Assembly (NCBI GenBank): GCA_963823665.1
Contig: CAWGMQ010000006.1
Span: 480,001 to 544,000, forward strand
DNA: 64,000 bases
DNA from: an uncultured Planctomycetota bacterium
GTDB lineage: Bacteria > Planctomycetota > Planctomycetia > Isosphaerales > Isosphaeraceae
Reading direction: 5' to 3'
Each line of letters opens with the position of its first letter. The first letter of the stretch is position 1. The translations under genes and the position numbers were made by a program. The notes beneath the pieces are model-generated. The model searched no databases. It had not been told where the DNA came from and worked only from the letters and a program-made list of their open reading frames with translations. Shown in pieces: positions 23,932-33,188 of this stretch.

Positions 23932-25021
23932 ATGGATCCGCGTGATCGTAAAGCTCGTTCAACTCGGCATCATTGCCATATTGCTCACCTTGAAGATCTC
24001 GAAGCACGTCGCCTTCCGAGCGTCTTCACTCCATTTTCGTCATCGGTTTTCGGCTCGTCGTCATCGAGCCAGTACTCGGCGCAGGTTGCGCTCGTTCGCC
24101 ATGAATACGACACATACGTCGGCGCTGTGAGAACGCTCGAGTTCAAGTCGCAGGCGACGCCCCAGGAATTCCAGGCTCTTCGCAACGATGCCCGCGAAAT
24201 CTCCGCGGCGGCCTCCGCCACCAAGCTACCGCTCGAAGTGGCACGGACCGAGGCCGTCGCCGTTTCGCTCCAGCTCGACCGGTCGCCGTTGTACGGCTGG
24301 GCGGGCGACTCGGCATGGTCGGAGTATAGGGCGCGGCTCGAGGCAAGTCTTGATAGCCTTGGCGTCGACGAGTCGTTGATCGACAAGACGCTCGCCGACA
24401 CCAAAGCCATCGCGGTCTCGGCCGGCGTGAGCTTCAGCGAGTTTCAGACGTTCACGAATTCGTTCAGCACGCTTCAGGCCGGCGAGAAGTCGCTTCCATA
24501 CAGCACCTACTACAACTTTGAAGACCCCGAGCTGTTTTACACGCAGCATCTTCGCGGCTTTTTCCGCGGCTGGGGAATGCAAAAAAAGACGGCCGAGGCG
24601 CAGGTCAAGGATCTGCTCTTCACCATCAAGACCGCGAATCAACTCGCGCCGTCTCAGTCTGCCGTGCTGCACCGCGATGTCCGGCTGCTGGAGAATCTTG
24701 GCGCCACGCTCCCGAGCACCTCGCTCGAGCAGCTTTACTCAAGCTACGTCGCCACATTTCAAGGTGGCGTGCCAATCCCGGCGACTCAGGCGCAGCTCCG
24801 CGAAAGCCTCTTGGCGGCTCTCGGCCCGGCAGCGGGCGGCGCACCCGATCGGCTGGGTGAACAAGCTTGTCGCCGACGCACCTTCGTTCTACCGCGCAGT
24901 GGGGTCGTCGACATCAACCGTCCAAAACATCACGGGCGCCGTGACCGTTCTCGTCGACACAGGAGGTGGCGAGTCGCTGAATCCGTTCAAAGTGACGATC
25001 CGGCAGCGCTTGAAGTCGTAA
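23932..25021 (+). CDS. Hypothetical exported protein with an LEARRLPS planctomycete extracellular motif; frameshift near 24835-24850
   Basis: Basic N-terminus plus LEDLEARRLPS. The protein-like C-terminus (IGWVNKLVADAPSFYRAVG...SLNPFKVTIRQRLKS*) lies in the frame of ORF 24518..25021, whereas the tail of ORF 23932..25251 is Arg-rich and looks off-frame. Confidence 0.7.
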
Positions 25022-25258
25022 GGGGGCTTGTCCGGCCGTCGCGGTCTCCGAACGCGTCCCCCCCCAAAGTGCCGTCATGCCGTCAGCACCTTACTGGGAT
25101 TGGACTTACGTCTGACGGCAGCTTTTTGGTCCAGGGACGCCAATCGACACATCTCCTTTCGTTCATGACATTTACGCCTGACGGCACCTCTGACGGCCCC
25201 CGCCATTTTCCCGGGGCCCGCAGCCGTTTCGTCAAACCCGAACGGTCCTGACGGCCTT

Positions 25259-25277
25259 ATTGTCGCCCTTCGCTCCG
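25259..25277. repeat. REP-like short repeat ATTGTCGCCCTTCGCTCCG
   Basis: 18/19 match to the reverse complement of 29378..29396. Confidence 0.55.
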
Positions 25278-25326
25278 GATAAAGCCGACCTCTCGTCCCT
25301 CCCGCGCCCACAGGCGCGAAACCCAC

Positions 25327-26197
25327 CTACTGGACGAACCGGACGGGTATCGCCGCCTCGATGGGGCGGGTCGGAGGTCCGGCCACCTTGTGTAGATGAA
25401 GTTAATAACGCGCTTGATCTTCGTTCCGCGAAGGTACTGGACGGGCCCATCACTTCCGGAACGGACCCGTCGGTGATGATCGCCACCAATTTGGTCTGCC
25501 GCCAGTCGAGCGACTCAATCGGCTCGTCCTCATCCAGAATACGCCACATCCCGCCCCCGCTGATTCCATGCGTTTGGTCTAAGTCGAGTTTGTCCCCGGC
25601 GCCATCGGGTTGGTCCAGGCGATTGATGTCCAGCACGAGGTGATCCGCCGGGCTGATGTCCGGAGCGGGATTGCGCTTCATATCATATAGCCCTGCAAAA
25701 TAAGGTAGGACCTGTGCGACGATGGTCTGGTCCATCTCGTCCTTCTCTGCCCGAAACTCCGGGTATCCGAGCACCAGGTACTGGCCATCCTTGAGCTTGT
25801 CCGGATCGAGTTCCAGCTCGTGTAGCGTCACGAACCGCATGAAGACCGATAAGCGGTCGGCGATGTCTGGTCTCAATTCGAAAACCGCCAGGTCCCACAG
25901 ATCATCCTCGCGATGCGGATCGCTTCGTTTCTTCGATCGGCAGTACTTCACGGTTATCACAGGGATCAGTTCATCGAAAGACGGTGTGCCAAAGAATATC
26001 TGCTTCCAATGCTCGCAAAAGAACTCATCACTCACATGCGCGGCCGTTACAAGAAAGCGCGTACCTTCCACCTGCAGCAACTCTCCGCTCACGAAATGAT
26101 CCGCTTCCCCAGAGAAGTGCTTGAACAGGGCCACCGTCGTCTTGGAGATTTCGGAGGTGTGCTGTAATGCGAACCGGTTCAGCTCCTCAATATCCAT
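25327..26197 (-). CDS. Trypsin-like (PA clan) serine protease with no evident signal peptide; probable frameshifts near the 3' end
   Basis: Triad motifs in the expected order: FLVTAAHV (His), WDLAVFEL (Asp), HGISGGGMW (Ser), plus VLGYP. Alternative frames near 25445 and 25365 give VQYLRGTKIKRVINFIYTRWPDLRP..IEAAIPVRFVQ*. The uncorrected ORF ends at 25232. Confidence 0.7.
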
Positions 26198-26457
26198 CAC
26201 TCACTCCTCGCCGGCGCGTGTTTTGTCCTCCAGGTGCGATAGAGGTCAATCGCTTTTTCGATGTCCTCGGGGTGCACCAGTTGGAGTTGATCCACCTTCG
26301 GCTGCGCAACGTCGCCCGGATTGGCCTCCAGCCACCCGGCCCCTGTGAAGCCAAATCGGTCACGCTGAATTCCATGCTGAGCCAAGTGGTGCCGAAGACT
26401 GTCGCGTTCCCCGCGGCCAATGGCGAACAATCCTTCGGTTGCGTTGATCACGTTCAT
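26197..26457 (-). CDS. Small hypothetical protein (~86 aa), translationally coupled to the protease
   Basis: ATG at 26457 follows GAGGGG; its TGA overlaps the protease ATG (TGATG at 26195-26199). Confidence 0.55.
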   Translation of the reverse strand: MNVINATEGLFAIGRGERDSLRHHLAQHGIQRDRFGFTGAGWLEANPGDVAQPKVDQLQLVHPEDIEKAIDLYRTWRTKHAPARSE

Positions 26458-26715
26458 CTCGAGCCCCTCAAAATCAGTTCTAGCCGACGCCACCTGAACA
26501 AAACCATCGTCACTTCTGTTGGCCGTTTTGAGAAGAGCGCGACCCGGTAACCGCGTCGGCGCGCGCATACAGAATGAATTTTGATCAATAATCGATCTCA
26601 TCGCTGCAACCCGGAAACTTTCTGGAAATTTCCCGGTCGAAAGCCAGTCGAATCTGCAAAGTCGTCACATATTATACGTGAGGGAGTGTGCCGCGGTGAG
26701 TTGCGGCCGGCTGGG

Positions 26716-26780
26716 GGAAACCCAGGGACAGGAAACCCAGGGCGTTGCCCTGGGCTATGTTGTTTTGGCCTTTCAGGCCG
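26716..26780. repeat. REP-like palindromic element
   Basis: GGAAACCCAGGG twice, a perfect hairpin CCCAGGGC-GTT-GCCCTGGG (26736-26754) and a second hairpin GGCCT-TTC-AGGCC (26767-26779). Confidence 0.65.
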
Positions 26781-27170
26781 ACGAGCAAATGTGCACAACA
26801 ATTATCATGACAAACAACGCGCGTTGGATTCGGATGACAGGGCCGCTCTTGTGGGTCGAATGCGCACTTACGTTGCCTCTCGGCGCGAGCGTGCGACGTA
26901 AAGCTTTGGCCTGGGGCGAGAACCGCGAGTGGGAGGGACGAGGATTCTTCAAGATTGGTGCAATGGAGTGCAAAGAAGTGCAACCGATGAAGAGCTTCGG
27001 AGATCGAGGGGCTCGCGCCACAGGCATCACGTTGCAGTGTCGCCCGCGGTCGAGGCTGAGACAGAAGATGGCGCGGCCATCGCGTTGGGACGCCCTCGTC
27101 CCAATCAATCGACGCAAAGCCCCGACGTGGACTGAGATCCGCGATTGGATTGAGATTTTCCTTGGCGAAT

Positions 27171-27200
27171 TCGTCTCATTTCGTCTCATTTCGTCTCATT
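27171..27200. repeat. Tandem repeat (TCGTCTCATT) x3
   Basis: Three perfect 10-bp copies. Confidence 0.9.
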
Positions 27201-27494
27201 TTTTGGGGAAGCTTGCGAAGATGATGGCGGTCGACCGACGCGGGTCCTAGGGCTCGCGGCCGTCCTGGGGCTCGCGCCTCAGGTTTTACGATGGCGCCCC
27301 GGTTCGGGGCTCGGGAAGAAAGCGGGGGACCGTGCATCGTTCTGCCGCGTCAGGCCGTTTCTTCGCAGGCGGCCAGCGATGATTGAGCAGTCGGTTGCGC
27401 TCGGTTCGTCCGGACGAAACATGCACGATTCAACACAGAGTAACTACTTTCTGTTCATTAATTGATTTTGGTGTGATCAAGTGGGACAAGTAGT

Positions 27495-27582
27495 GATTAT
27501 CCCTGCGCCACACGTAACGAGACAGCCGACATCGAGTTGCGTCGGATTCGTGCACGCCCGATTATTCCTGCGCCACACGTAA
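27495..27582. repeat. Two 23-bp direct repeats GATTAT(C/T)CCTGCGCCACACGTAA separated by 42 bp
   Basis: Copies at 27495-27517 and 27560-27582, with one mismatch. Confidence 0.85.
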
Positions 27583-27821
27583 ACCCACGTGCCGCAAGGC
27601 TGTGGCGCATGTGCGCAGAAAATGGGGTCTCGCAGAAGTTTTTTAAACGCGCCCTGCCGCGGGCGATTGGGCGTGAGGCGAATGCTCAAACGATTCACGG
27701 GATGTTCGTCGAGTCAACAGCGGAGGAGAACGATCAGTCCGTATCGCAAGGGAATTCGATTCGGCCGGCCGTTGTGGCGAGGTAAATGGCTTGCGCCGAT
27801 CAGTTAATCTCGAGGCGAGAT

Positions 27822-29249
27822 TCAACCTCCGCCGCGCCGGCGCTCCGGCTCTGGTTGACCCTCGATCACGACCCACTCGAAGATGCCGATGCACATCTCG
27901 TCGTTTGTTCCCTCACCCCACCTGACGACCTTGGGAGGATTGTTCCGGTTGGCTGGATTCGCGCCCGAGTTATCAAAATGTGCGTCCACCTCGAACCACG
28001 AGCCTTTCGGAATGCGGACTGGCTCGTTGAATGCGTAGGTTCCCTGCCAGTTGAAGTTCCAGTGGTCAATCTTGATCAGCGGGAGGCGGGTCTTGCCGTC
28101 GGGCAGGACGGCCGTGAAGGTGAAATCCTTGCCGAGCCAGTGCATGTGGGGCATCACCGAAGTGACAAGAATGTCACGGTCGAGCGGACGGGCCATCACA
28201 CTGGCTCCGGGCTTGGTCGATGCTTTGACTTCGTAGTTAGTTGCCCCTGCCGGAATCACCATGGCGTCCACCGCGCGCAAGAGCTCGAGAATTCCAATTC
28301 TCTTTCCCGCCTTCCGGGCTTCCTGAACCTTGGTCTGGGCGGCCATCGCCTGGTTCATCGTGAGGTTGGGGAAAACGAAACCGGTATGAACCTCGCGCGG
28401 CAAGGGCTTACTGGAAAGATAAAGGCCCACGCTGGTTGCGTCGGTCTCGGACTTTCCGGTCTTGTGGTAGTGGACCTGGATCAAGACGTCGGCCCCCTTG
28501 GGCAGCATGTATCCAGTGCCGTCCGGACAATAGCGGGACTTGGCGCCTGGGGTCCAGATCGGCAAAAAGGCCGTGATGGGCACACCGTCGCCGAACCCAC
28601 CCAGGTCGTAATAACCAGGCCCAGGGTCGGCTGCATCGAGCTCGCGACCCCGGCCCGACGGATCAACCCCCGCGATGATGTGATGGACGACCGAGCGATT
28701 GCCCGGATGAAAATCGACGGCGCGAATCCATCGGTCCTCGGAGAAATTCGTTTTGAGCACGAACACACGGAAATCGTCGGTGCCGGTGCCCGCAATGCTG
28801 TAAGGCTCGGGCATCTTCAGAATGAGGTCGGGCTCGCCGAGCGCCCAGTCCGAGGAGAACGTCCGCGGCTCGGGCGCGTCTTTGGGATCGCCTTCGGGGC
28901 AATTCGAATCAACCCACGACTGAAGCGTGGCGATCTCCTCCGCGGTCAGAACCCGCGCATCGCGGAACGGGCCGCCGAAGCTCGACGATGCGGGCCACGG
29001 GGGCATGACCCGCTCGGTGGTGACGCGCGCCAGGTCCGACGCCCGCTTGCGGGCCTGCTCGTACGTGAGCAAAGAAAACGGCGCCACCTGATTGGGACGG
29101 TGGCAATCCTGACAGTTCTTTTGAAGGATGCGCACCACATCTCTGTGATAAGTCGGCGCCGGCTTGTCGGCCGCCAAGGAAGTCGTGCTCGATGCCGCGG
29201 CCGCCACGCCCAACAGCACAATGGTTTTCCACATCGAATGCCAAGACAA
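27822..29249 (-). CDS. Exported copper type II (ascorbate-dependent) monooxygenase-like protein with an N-terminal c-type heme motif
   Basis: Signal-peptide-like MWKTIVLLGVAAAASSTTSLAAD; CQDCH (CxxCH); VMPPW; VVHHII; QVHYH; MPHMHWLG; WNFNWQ; DEMC. The start may be ATG 29234. Confidence 0.85.
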   Translation of the reverse strand: MSWHSMWKTIVLLGVAAAASSTTSLAADKPAPTYHRDVVRILQKNCQDCHRPNQVAPFSLLTYEQARKRASDLARVTTERVMPPWPASSSFGGPFRDARVLTAEEIATLQSWVDSNCPEGDPKDAPEPRTFSSDWALGEPDLILKMPEPYSIAGTGTDDFRVFVLKTNFSEDRWIRAVDFHPGNRSVVHHIIAGVDPSGRGRELDAADPGPGYYDLGGFGDGVPITAFLPIWTPGAKSRYCPDGTGYMLPKGADVLIQVHYHKTGKSETDATSVGLYLSSKPLPREVHTGFVFPNLTMNQAMAAQTKVQEARKAGKRIGILELLRAVDAMVIPAGATNYEVKASTKPGASVMARPLDRDILVTSVMPHMHWLGKDFTFTAVLPDGKTRLPLIKIDHWNFNWQGTYAFNEPVRIPKGSWFEVDAHFDNSGANPANRNNPPKVVRWGEGTNDEMCIGIFEWVVIEGQPEPERRRGGG

Positions 29250-29377
29250 GGCTCTGCTCCTTATCGTTGAGTCTTCCGTGCTGAATGTTCACGCGTGCTT
29301 TCAGCCCAATTGCAGTTTCCACCAGTCGGGTGTCGACTTTCAATAGAGATCTTTGGTCCGGACTCGAAGTCCCGTCG

Positions 29378-29396
29378 CGGAGCGAAAGGCGACAAT
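29378..29396. repeat. REP-like short repeat CGGAGCGAAAGGCGACAAT
   Basis: Inverted copy of 25259..25277. Confidence 0.55.
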
Positions 29397-29494
29397 GGGT
29401 TTGGGTTGTCATCCGGCAGGAGTGCCGGACTACGCCGGGCCCGCGGACGCATACCAGGCACGATCGCTACAATGCGGAAGATTGGGGGTGCGTA

Positions 29495-29521
29495 ATGACG
29501 CAGATGACGCAGATGACGCAG
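29495..29521. repeat. Tandem repeat (ATGACGCAG) x3
   Basis: Three perfect 9-bp copies in an intergenic region. Confidence 0.9.
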
Positions 29522-29641
29522 GGCAGCATTTGTTAGGCGCGTGCTTACGCGGCGGCAAGGCCGTCCTCCGAGCGTTCTTCTGACGCCCCGTTTGAGATCA
29601 CAGAGAATTCGGCGATAGCCCGAGAAAGGATAATCCCGACG

Positions 29642-29974
29642 ATGGCCGACCACCACGAGCCGATCGAAAAGTTCGGTGACCTTCGCGAAGTCACTGTGAC
29701 ATTTCCCTCCCTCCCGGAACACGAGCTGGTCAGACGCCTCCAAGCGTCGTTCAGCGTCCGCTGCGAGAGCACCCGCGGCGCTCCTTGGGCTGGCACGACC
29801 GAGCTGGCCGCGATCGCGAAATGGGCTCGCAATGCGTTCTGGCAATACATGCTCGTCCAGGGAGTCCTGAACGGCCAGTTCATACTCGATCTCCAGGGCA
29901 CTCAGCCGTACGGGCGCGAGCCAACAGAGGCTGAGGCCAGCCGGTTGAGGGAGCTGAACCTGCGCAGTTTCTGA
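29642..29974 (+). CDS. Hypothetical protein (110 aa)
   Basis: AAAGGA upstream of the ATG and protein-like composition; no family recognised. Confidence 0.6.
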   Translation: MADHHEPIEKFGDLREVTVTFPSLPEHELVRRLQASFSVRCESTRGAPWAGTTELAAIAKWARNAFWQYMLVQGVLNGQFILDLQGTQPYGREPTEAEASRLRELNLRSF

Positions 29975-30004
29975 TCAGATAAAGAGCTGTGGTACCATCA
30001 CGAC

Positions 30005-30367
30005 ATGAGAGAAAAACCCGAAACAGACGATATGATGGTGCGTCCGCGCTGGCGATACATTGAATGGCACGGATGGAACCTCATCGCATTCGGCTGGATC
30101 GCGGTTGGAATTGTCGCCGGGTTGGTGACAAACCTTGTCTGTGCACCGTGGCTGAGAGGCGTGCACCTGAATGGCACAGTCGGGGTTGCCGTCGGGGTTG
30201 CCGTGATCGTTGCCGACCTGATTTGCCGATGGCGCGATCCTGAGCCGACGGGATGGCGGCGCTATTTCTCGTCGATCGCAGGCGGGGCGGTGCTGATTGT
30301 CCCCGCATGGATCATCGGGTTGTGGATCGTTGCCACCGGCGTCGTCATTCTGCTCGGTAGAGCGTGA
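30005..30367 (+). CDS. Small membrane protein (about 3 TM helices)
   Basis: Three hydrophobic stretches (LIAFGWIAVGIVAGLV; VGVAVGVAVIVADLI; AVLIVPAWIIGLWIVATGVVILL). Confidence 0.65.
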   Translation: MREKPETDDMMVRPRWRYIEWHGWNLIAFGWIAVGIVAGLVTNLVCAPWLRGVHLNGTVGVAVGVAVIVADLICRWRDPEPTGWRRYFSSIAGGAVLIVPAWIIGLWIVATGVVILLGRA

Positions 30368-30453
30368 GAACCTGTCGAACCCGGGATAAACGCTTTGACC
30401 GGCCAAGACCAACCTTTCGCCAGGCCAGGGCCACGCATTCCGGCGGCGACGGA

Positions 30454-31839
30454 TCACCGTTTGGGCAGTGGGCCGCCCCCGTCGGGGCTCAGGCGCCGCC
30501 ACCAGTCGGGGCCTTCCTTCTCGATCTCGGCGTTCAATGCTTCCAGGCGTTTGCGCAACGCAAGGAATCGCTCGGGCTCTTTGTCCTTCAAGTCAGTCGT
30601 CTCCCGCGGATCGGCCTTGATGTTATATAATTCCATATGTGAGAAATCCAGCAATGCGAGAAGCTTCCAGTCGCCGTCGCGGAGCGCCATTTGCAGGTTC
30701 TCGCGCTGAGGGGCCATATTCAGTCGCCAGTAGAGCGGTCTCGGCCGATCGATCGCGGCGGCCTTTCCCGCGAGCGCAGCGCCGACATCCGCCCCGTCAA
30801 TCACACGGTCGGCCGGCACGCTGACTCCGCAGAGTCCGAGCACTGTCGGGAAGAGGTCGGAGCCGATGACGGGTGTATCGCACGTTGTTCCGGGCGGAAT
30901 CCGGCCCGGCCAGCGCGCGATCCCCGGTACGCGGATGCCTCCTTCGTACATCGACCGCTTCCGCCCGCGCAGGCCGCCGGTGCTACCCCGCGTCCGATTT
31001 TTTAGGCCGTCGCCCTCAGGGCCGTTGTCCGACGTGAAGAAGACAAACGTCGAGTCGGTGAGTTGTAGCGCATCCAGGGCCTTCATCAGCTTGCCAAAGG
31101 CGAAGTCGAGCCCGGTGACGTTGCCGTGGTGCTGGCGAAAGTCTTCGGGCATGTCCTGATACGGCTGCTGGAAGCGGGGGTCGGTCTCGATGGGCAGGTG
31201 CGGCTCATGCGTCCAGACGGCCAGAAAGAAAGGCTTGCTCGAGTCTCGCTTCTTCGTCAGCCATTCGATCGCCTCGTCCACCACCAGTGGGGCCGAGAAG
31301 CCCGAGAGCACGCCCATGGGCTGACCGTCACGGACGAAGTTGGATGGGTTCTTGTGGCTCGGTGAGGCATTGTTCTGGGTGGCCATCCAGTGGTCGTAAC
31401 CGTGGTCGTTCGGTTGCGGCTGCGCGGGGTTGTTGAACTTGCCGTTGAGGTGCCACTTGCCGACATGCGCGGTGGTATAGCCCGCGTCTCTGAGCAACCT
31501 GGGGAGGGCGACCTCGCTGCTGCGCAGGTGGACCTCGCTGTTCTCGGCGATCCAGGTAAATACGCCGTTGCGGTGCGGGGTGCGTCCCGTGAGGATCGCC
31601 GACCGCGACGGTGAGCACACCGCGCTTGCGGCATAGCACTGCGTGAGGCGAACGCCCTGCCTGGCGAACGCGTCGAGGTTCGGCGTCTGGATTTGCGGGT
31701 GGCCGTAGCAGCCGAGGTCGCCGTATCCCAGATCATCGGCCAGGAACACGACCACGTTCGGCCGCGACCGCGGCTCGGCTGCCGGTGCCTGCGAGCCCGC
31801 CAGGATGCCGAGGACCAGCAATCGCAGAAAAGATCGCAT
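30454..31839 (-). CDS. Sulfatase (Cys-type, exported)
   Basis: GAGGAG RBS, signal peptide MRSFLRLLVLGILAG, RPNVVVFLADDLGYGD, CSPSR formylglycine motif, GKWHL, FTSDNGP, YEGGIRVP. Confidence 0.95.
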   Translation of the reverse strand: MRSFLRLLVLGILAGSQAPAAEPRSRPNVVVFLADDLGYGDLGCYGHPQIQTPNLDAFARQGVRLTQCYAASAVCSPSRSAILTGRTPHRNGVFTWIAENSEVHLRSSEVALPRLLRDAGYTTAHVGKWHLNGKFNNPAQPQPNDHGYDHWMATQNNASPSHKNPSNFVRDGQPMGVLSGFSAPLVVDEAIEWLTKKRDSSKPFFLAVWTHEPHLPIETDPRFQQPYQDMPEDFRQHHGNVTGLDFAFGKLMKALDALQLTDSTFVFFTSDNGPEGDGLKNRTRGSTGGLRGRKRSMYEGGIRVPGIARWPGRIPPGTTCDTPVIGSDLFPTVLGLCGVSVPADRVIDGADVGAALAGKAAAIDRPRPLYWRLNMAPQRENLQMALRDGDWKLLALLDFSHMELYNIKADPRETTDLKDKEPERFLALRKRLEALNAEIEKEGPDWWRRLSPDGGGPLPKR

Positions 31840-32044
31840 GAGTGGCTCCTCATTCAGGAAGCACTTACTTGAGCCGGCGCTACCGCGTTTTCGAGCGGTC
31901 GGGTACAATCCGATGCTGACGAGCGAGACAGGCGAACGCAAGTCGCACTGTCCCAAAATGAGCAATGCGGAAGGGTCAAGGAATGCGAGATCGTAGTACT
32001 TACCCTGTATTTCGCCGAGTCTAATCGCGAGATTCGACCCTGTA

Positions 32045-32710
32045 ATGAATACGATCGTTCTCTACGACGACACGGTGGATATTCCGAGCGGGATCACCGA
32101 TCTGAGTGCGTTTCGCCGCTGGGCGCACTCCGATGAGTTCCCGGAGACCGGCCGGATCTGTTTTCTCGATGGGCGAGTGTGGGTTGACATGAGTAAGGAA
32201 CAGGTTTTCACGCACAACCAGCTCAAGCAAGAGTTCAATCTTGTGCTCGGCGGGTTGGTCAAGGCGCAGCGCCTTGGTCGTTTTTTTCCGGACGGCGTGC
32301 TATTGACGAACGATCGAGCACAGCTCGCTTGCCAGCCGGATGGCACATTCGTCAGTCGCCAAAGCCTGAAGTCCGGGCGAGTTCGCCTGGTGGAGGGAGA
32401 GAAAGGAGGCTATCTCGAGCTCGAAGGGACGCCCGACATGGTCCTCGAAATCGTGAGCGCCAGCTCGGTCGAGAAGGACAAAGAGGTGCTTCCCGAGCTG
32501 TACTGGCGCGCGGGGATCCCCGAGTACTGGTTGGTTGATGCCCGGGGAGATGGCCTCGAATTTCAGATCTTCCGACGCGAGCCCGGCGGCTACACGGTCG
32601 TACGCAAGCAACGAGGCTGGCTCAAGTCCCGCGTCTTTGGCCGATCTTTCCGTCTGTCCCAAGGGATCGACGAAGCCGACAATCCTGAATACAGCTTGTC
32701 GGTCCGTTAA
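32045..32710 (+). CDS. Uma2 family (DUF820) putative endonuclease
   Basis: QPDGTFVS, PDMVLEIVSASS..KD, YWRAGIPEYWLVD motifs. Confidence 0.9.
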   Translation: MNTIVLYDDTVDIPSGITDLSAFRRWAHSDEFPETGRICFLDGRVWVDMSKEQVFTHNQLKQEFNLVLGGLVKAQRLGRFFPDGVLLTNDRAQLACQPDGTFVSRQSLKSGRVRLVEGEKGGYLELEGTPDMVLEIVSASSVEKDKEVLPELYWRAGIPEYWLVDARGDGLEFQIFRREPGGYTVVRKQRGWLKSRVFGRSFRLSQGIDEADNPEYSLSVR

Positions 32711-32782
32711 TTCGGCGCGCCCCTGGAGAGGCACGGTATCCTTGGAATTCCGGAACTCCAACTCGGCGGTCGGGGGTACTCG

Positions 32783-33187
32783 ATGACCGTGGATATGAGC
32801 GGCGAGATGGAGAAGCACGCCCGTGCTGCGGTCGAGATGGTCCGTGAGGAGTACGGGCACGAGCTCGACTTTTCCGAGCCCACGATCGGCGCCGTCGAAT
32901 CCATTCTGAACGGGTTCTGGGAGGACGGTGGCAATGAAAACGACCTGTTGGCGACAGTTGCCTTGCTGTTCGGGGCGTACATCGGGGAGATGATCCGCAG
33001 TCACTGGCCTGAAGCGGCCTGGATCGGCGGCTCATTGACGCCCGCGGCTCCGCCTTCCACGCTGCAGGTGGGAGACATCGAGGTGTATCCGATCGCGTGG
33101 TGCTACAAGCGGCTCTACAACGGCCCGGCGGACAGCGTGGTCGACAAGTATCTGAAGTTCCGGCAGGCCATCGCTGAAAGGGAATAA
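32783..33187 (+). CDS. Hypothetical protein (134 aa), possibly DUF3806-like
   Basis: LDFS...FGAYIGEMIR...W pattern; acidic and helical; the family assignment is from recall only. Confidence 0.6.
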   Translation: MTVDMSGEMEKHARAAVEMVREEYGHELDFSEPTIGAVESILNGFWEDGGNENDLLATVALLFGAYIGEMIRSHWPEAAWIGGSLTPAAPPSTLQVGDIEVYPIAWCYKRLYNGPADSVVDKYLKFRQAIAERE

Positions 33188-33188
33188 G

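Noticed and set aside
27495..27582. CRISPR array call
   Set aside because: Only two short non-palindromic repeats and no cas genes; kept as an unexplained repeat.
27786..29270. 494-aa plus-strand ORF
   Set aside because: It lies entirely antisense to the motif-rich monooxygenase-like gene.
31948..31975. TGTCCCA as a third copy of the right-hand promoter motif
   Set aside because: It lacks the T-tract and the GCGCAGT half-site at 13-nt spacing.
32045..32710. Uma2 gene as part of a restriction-modification or defence system
   Set aside because: There is no methyltransferase or other defence partner nearby, and standalone Uma2 paralogs are common in planctomycetes.
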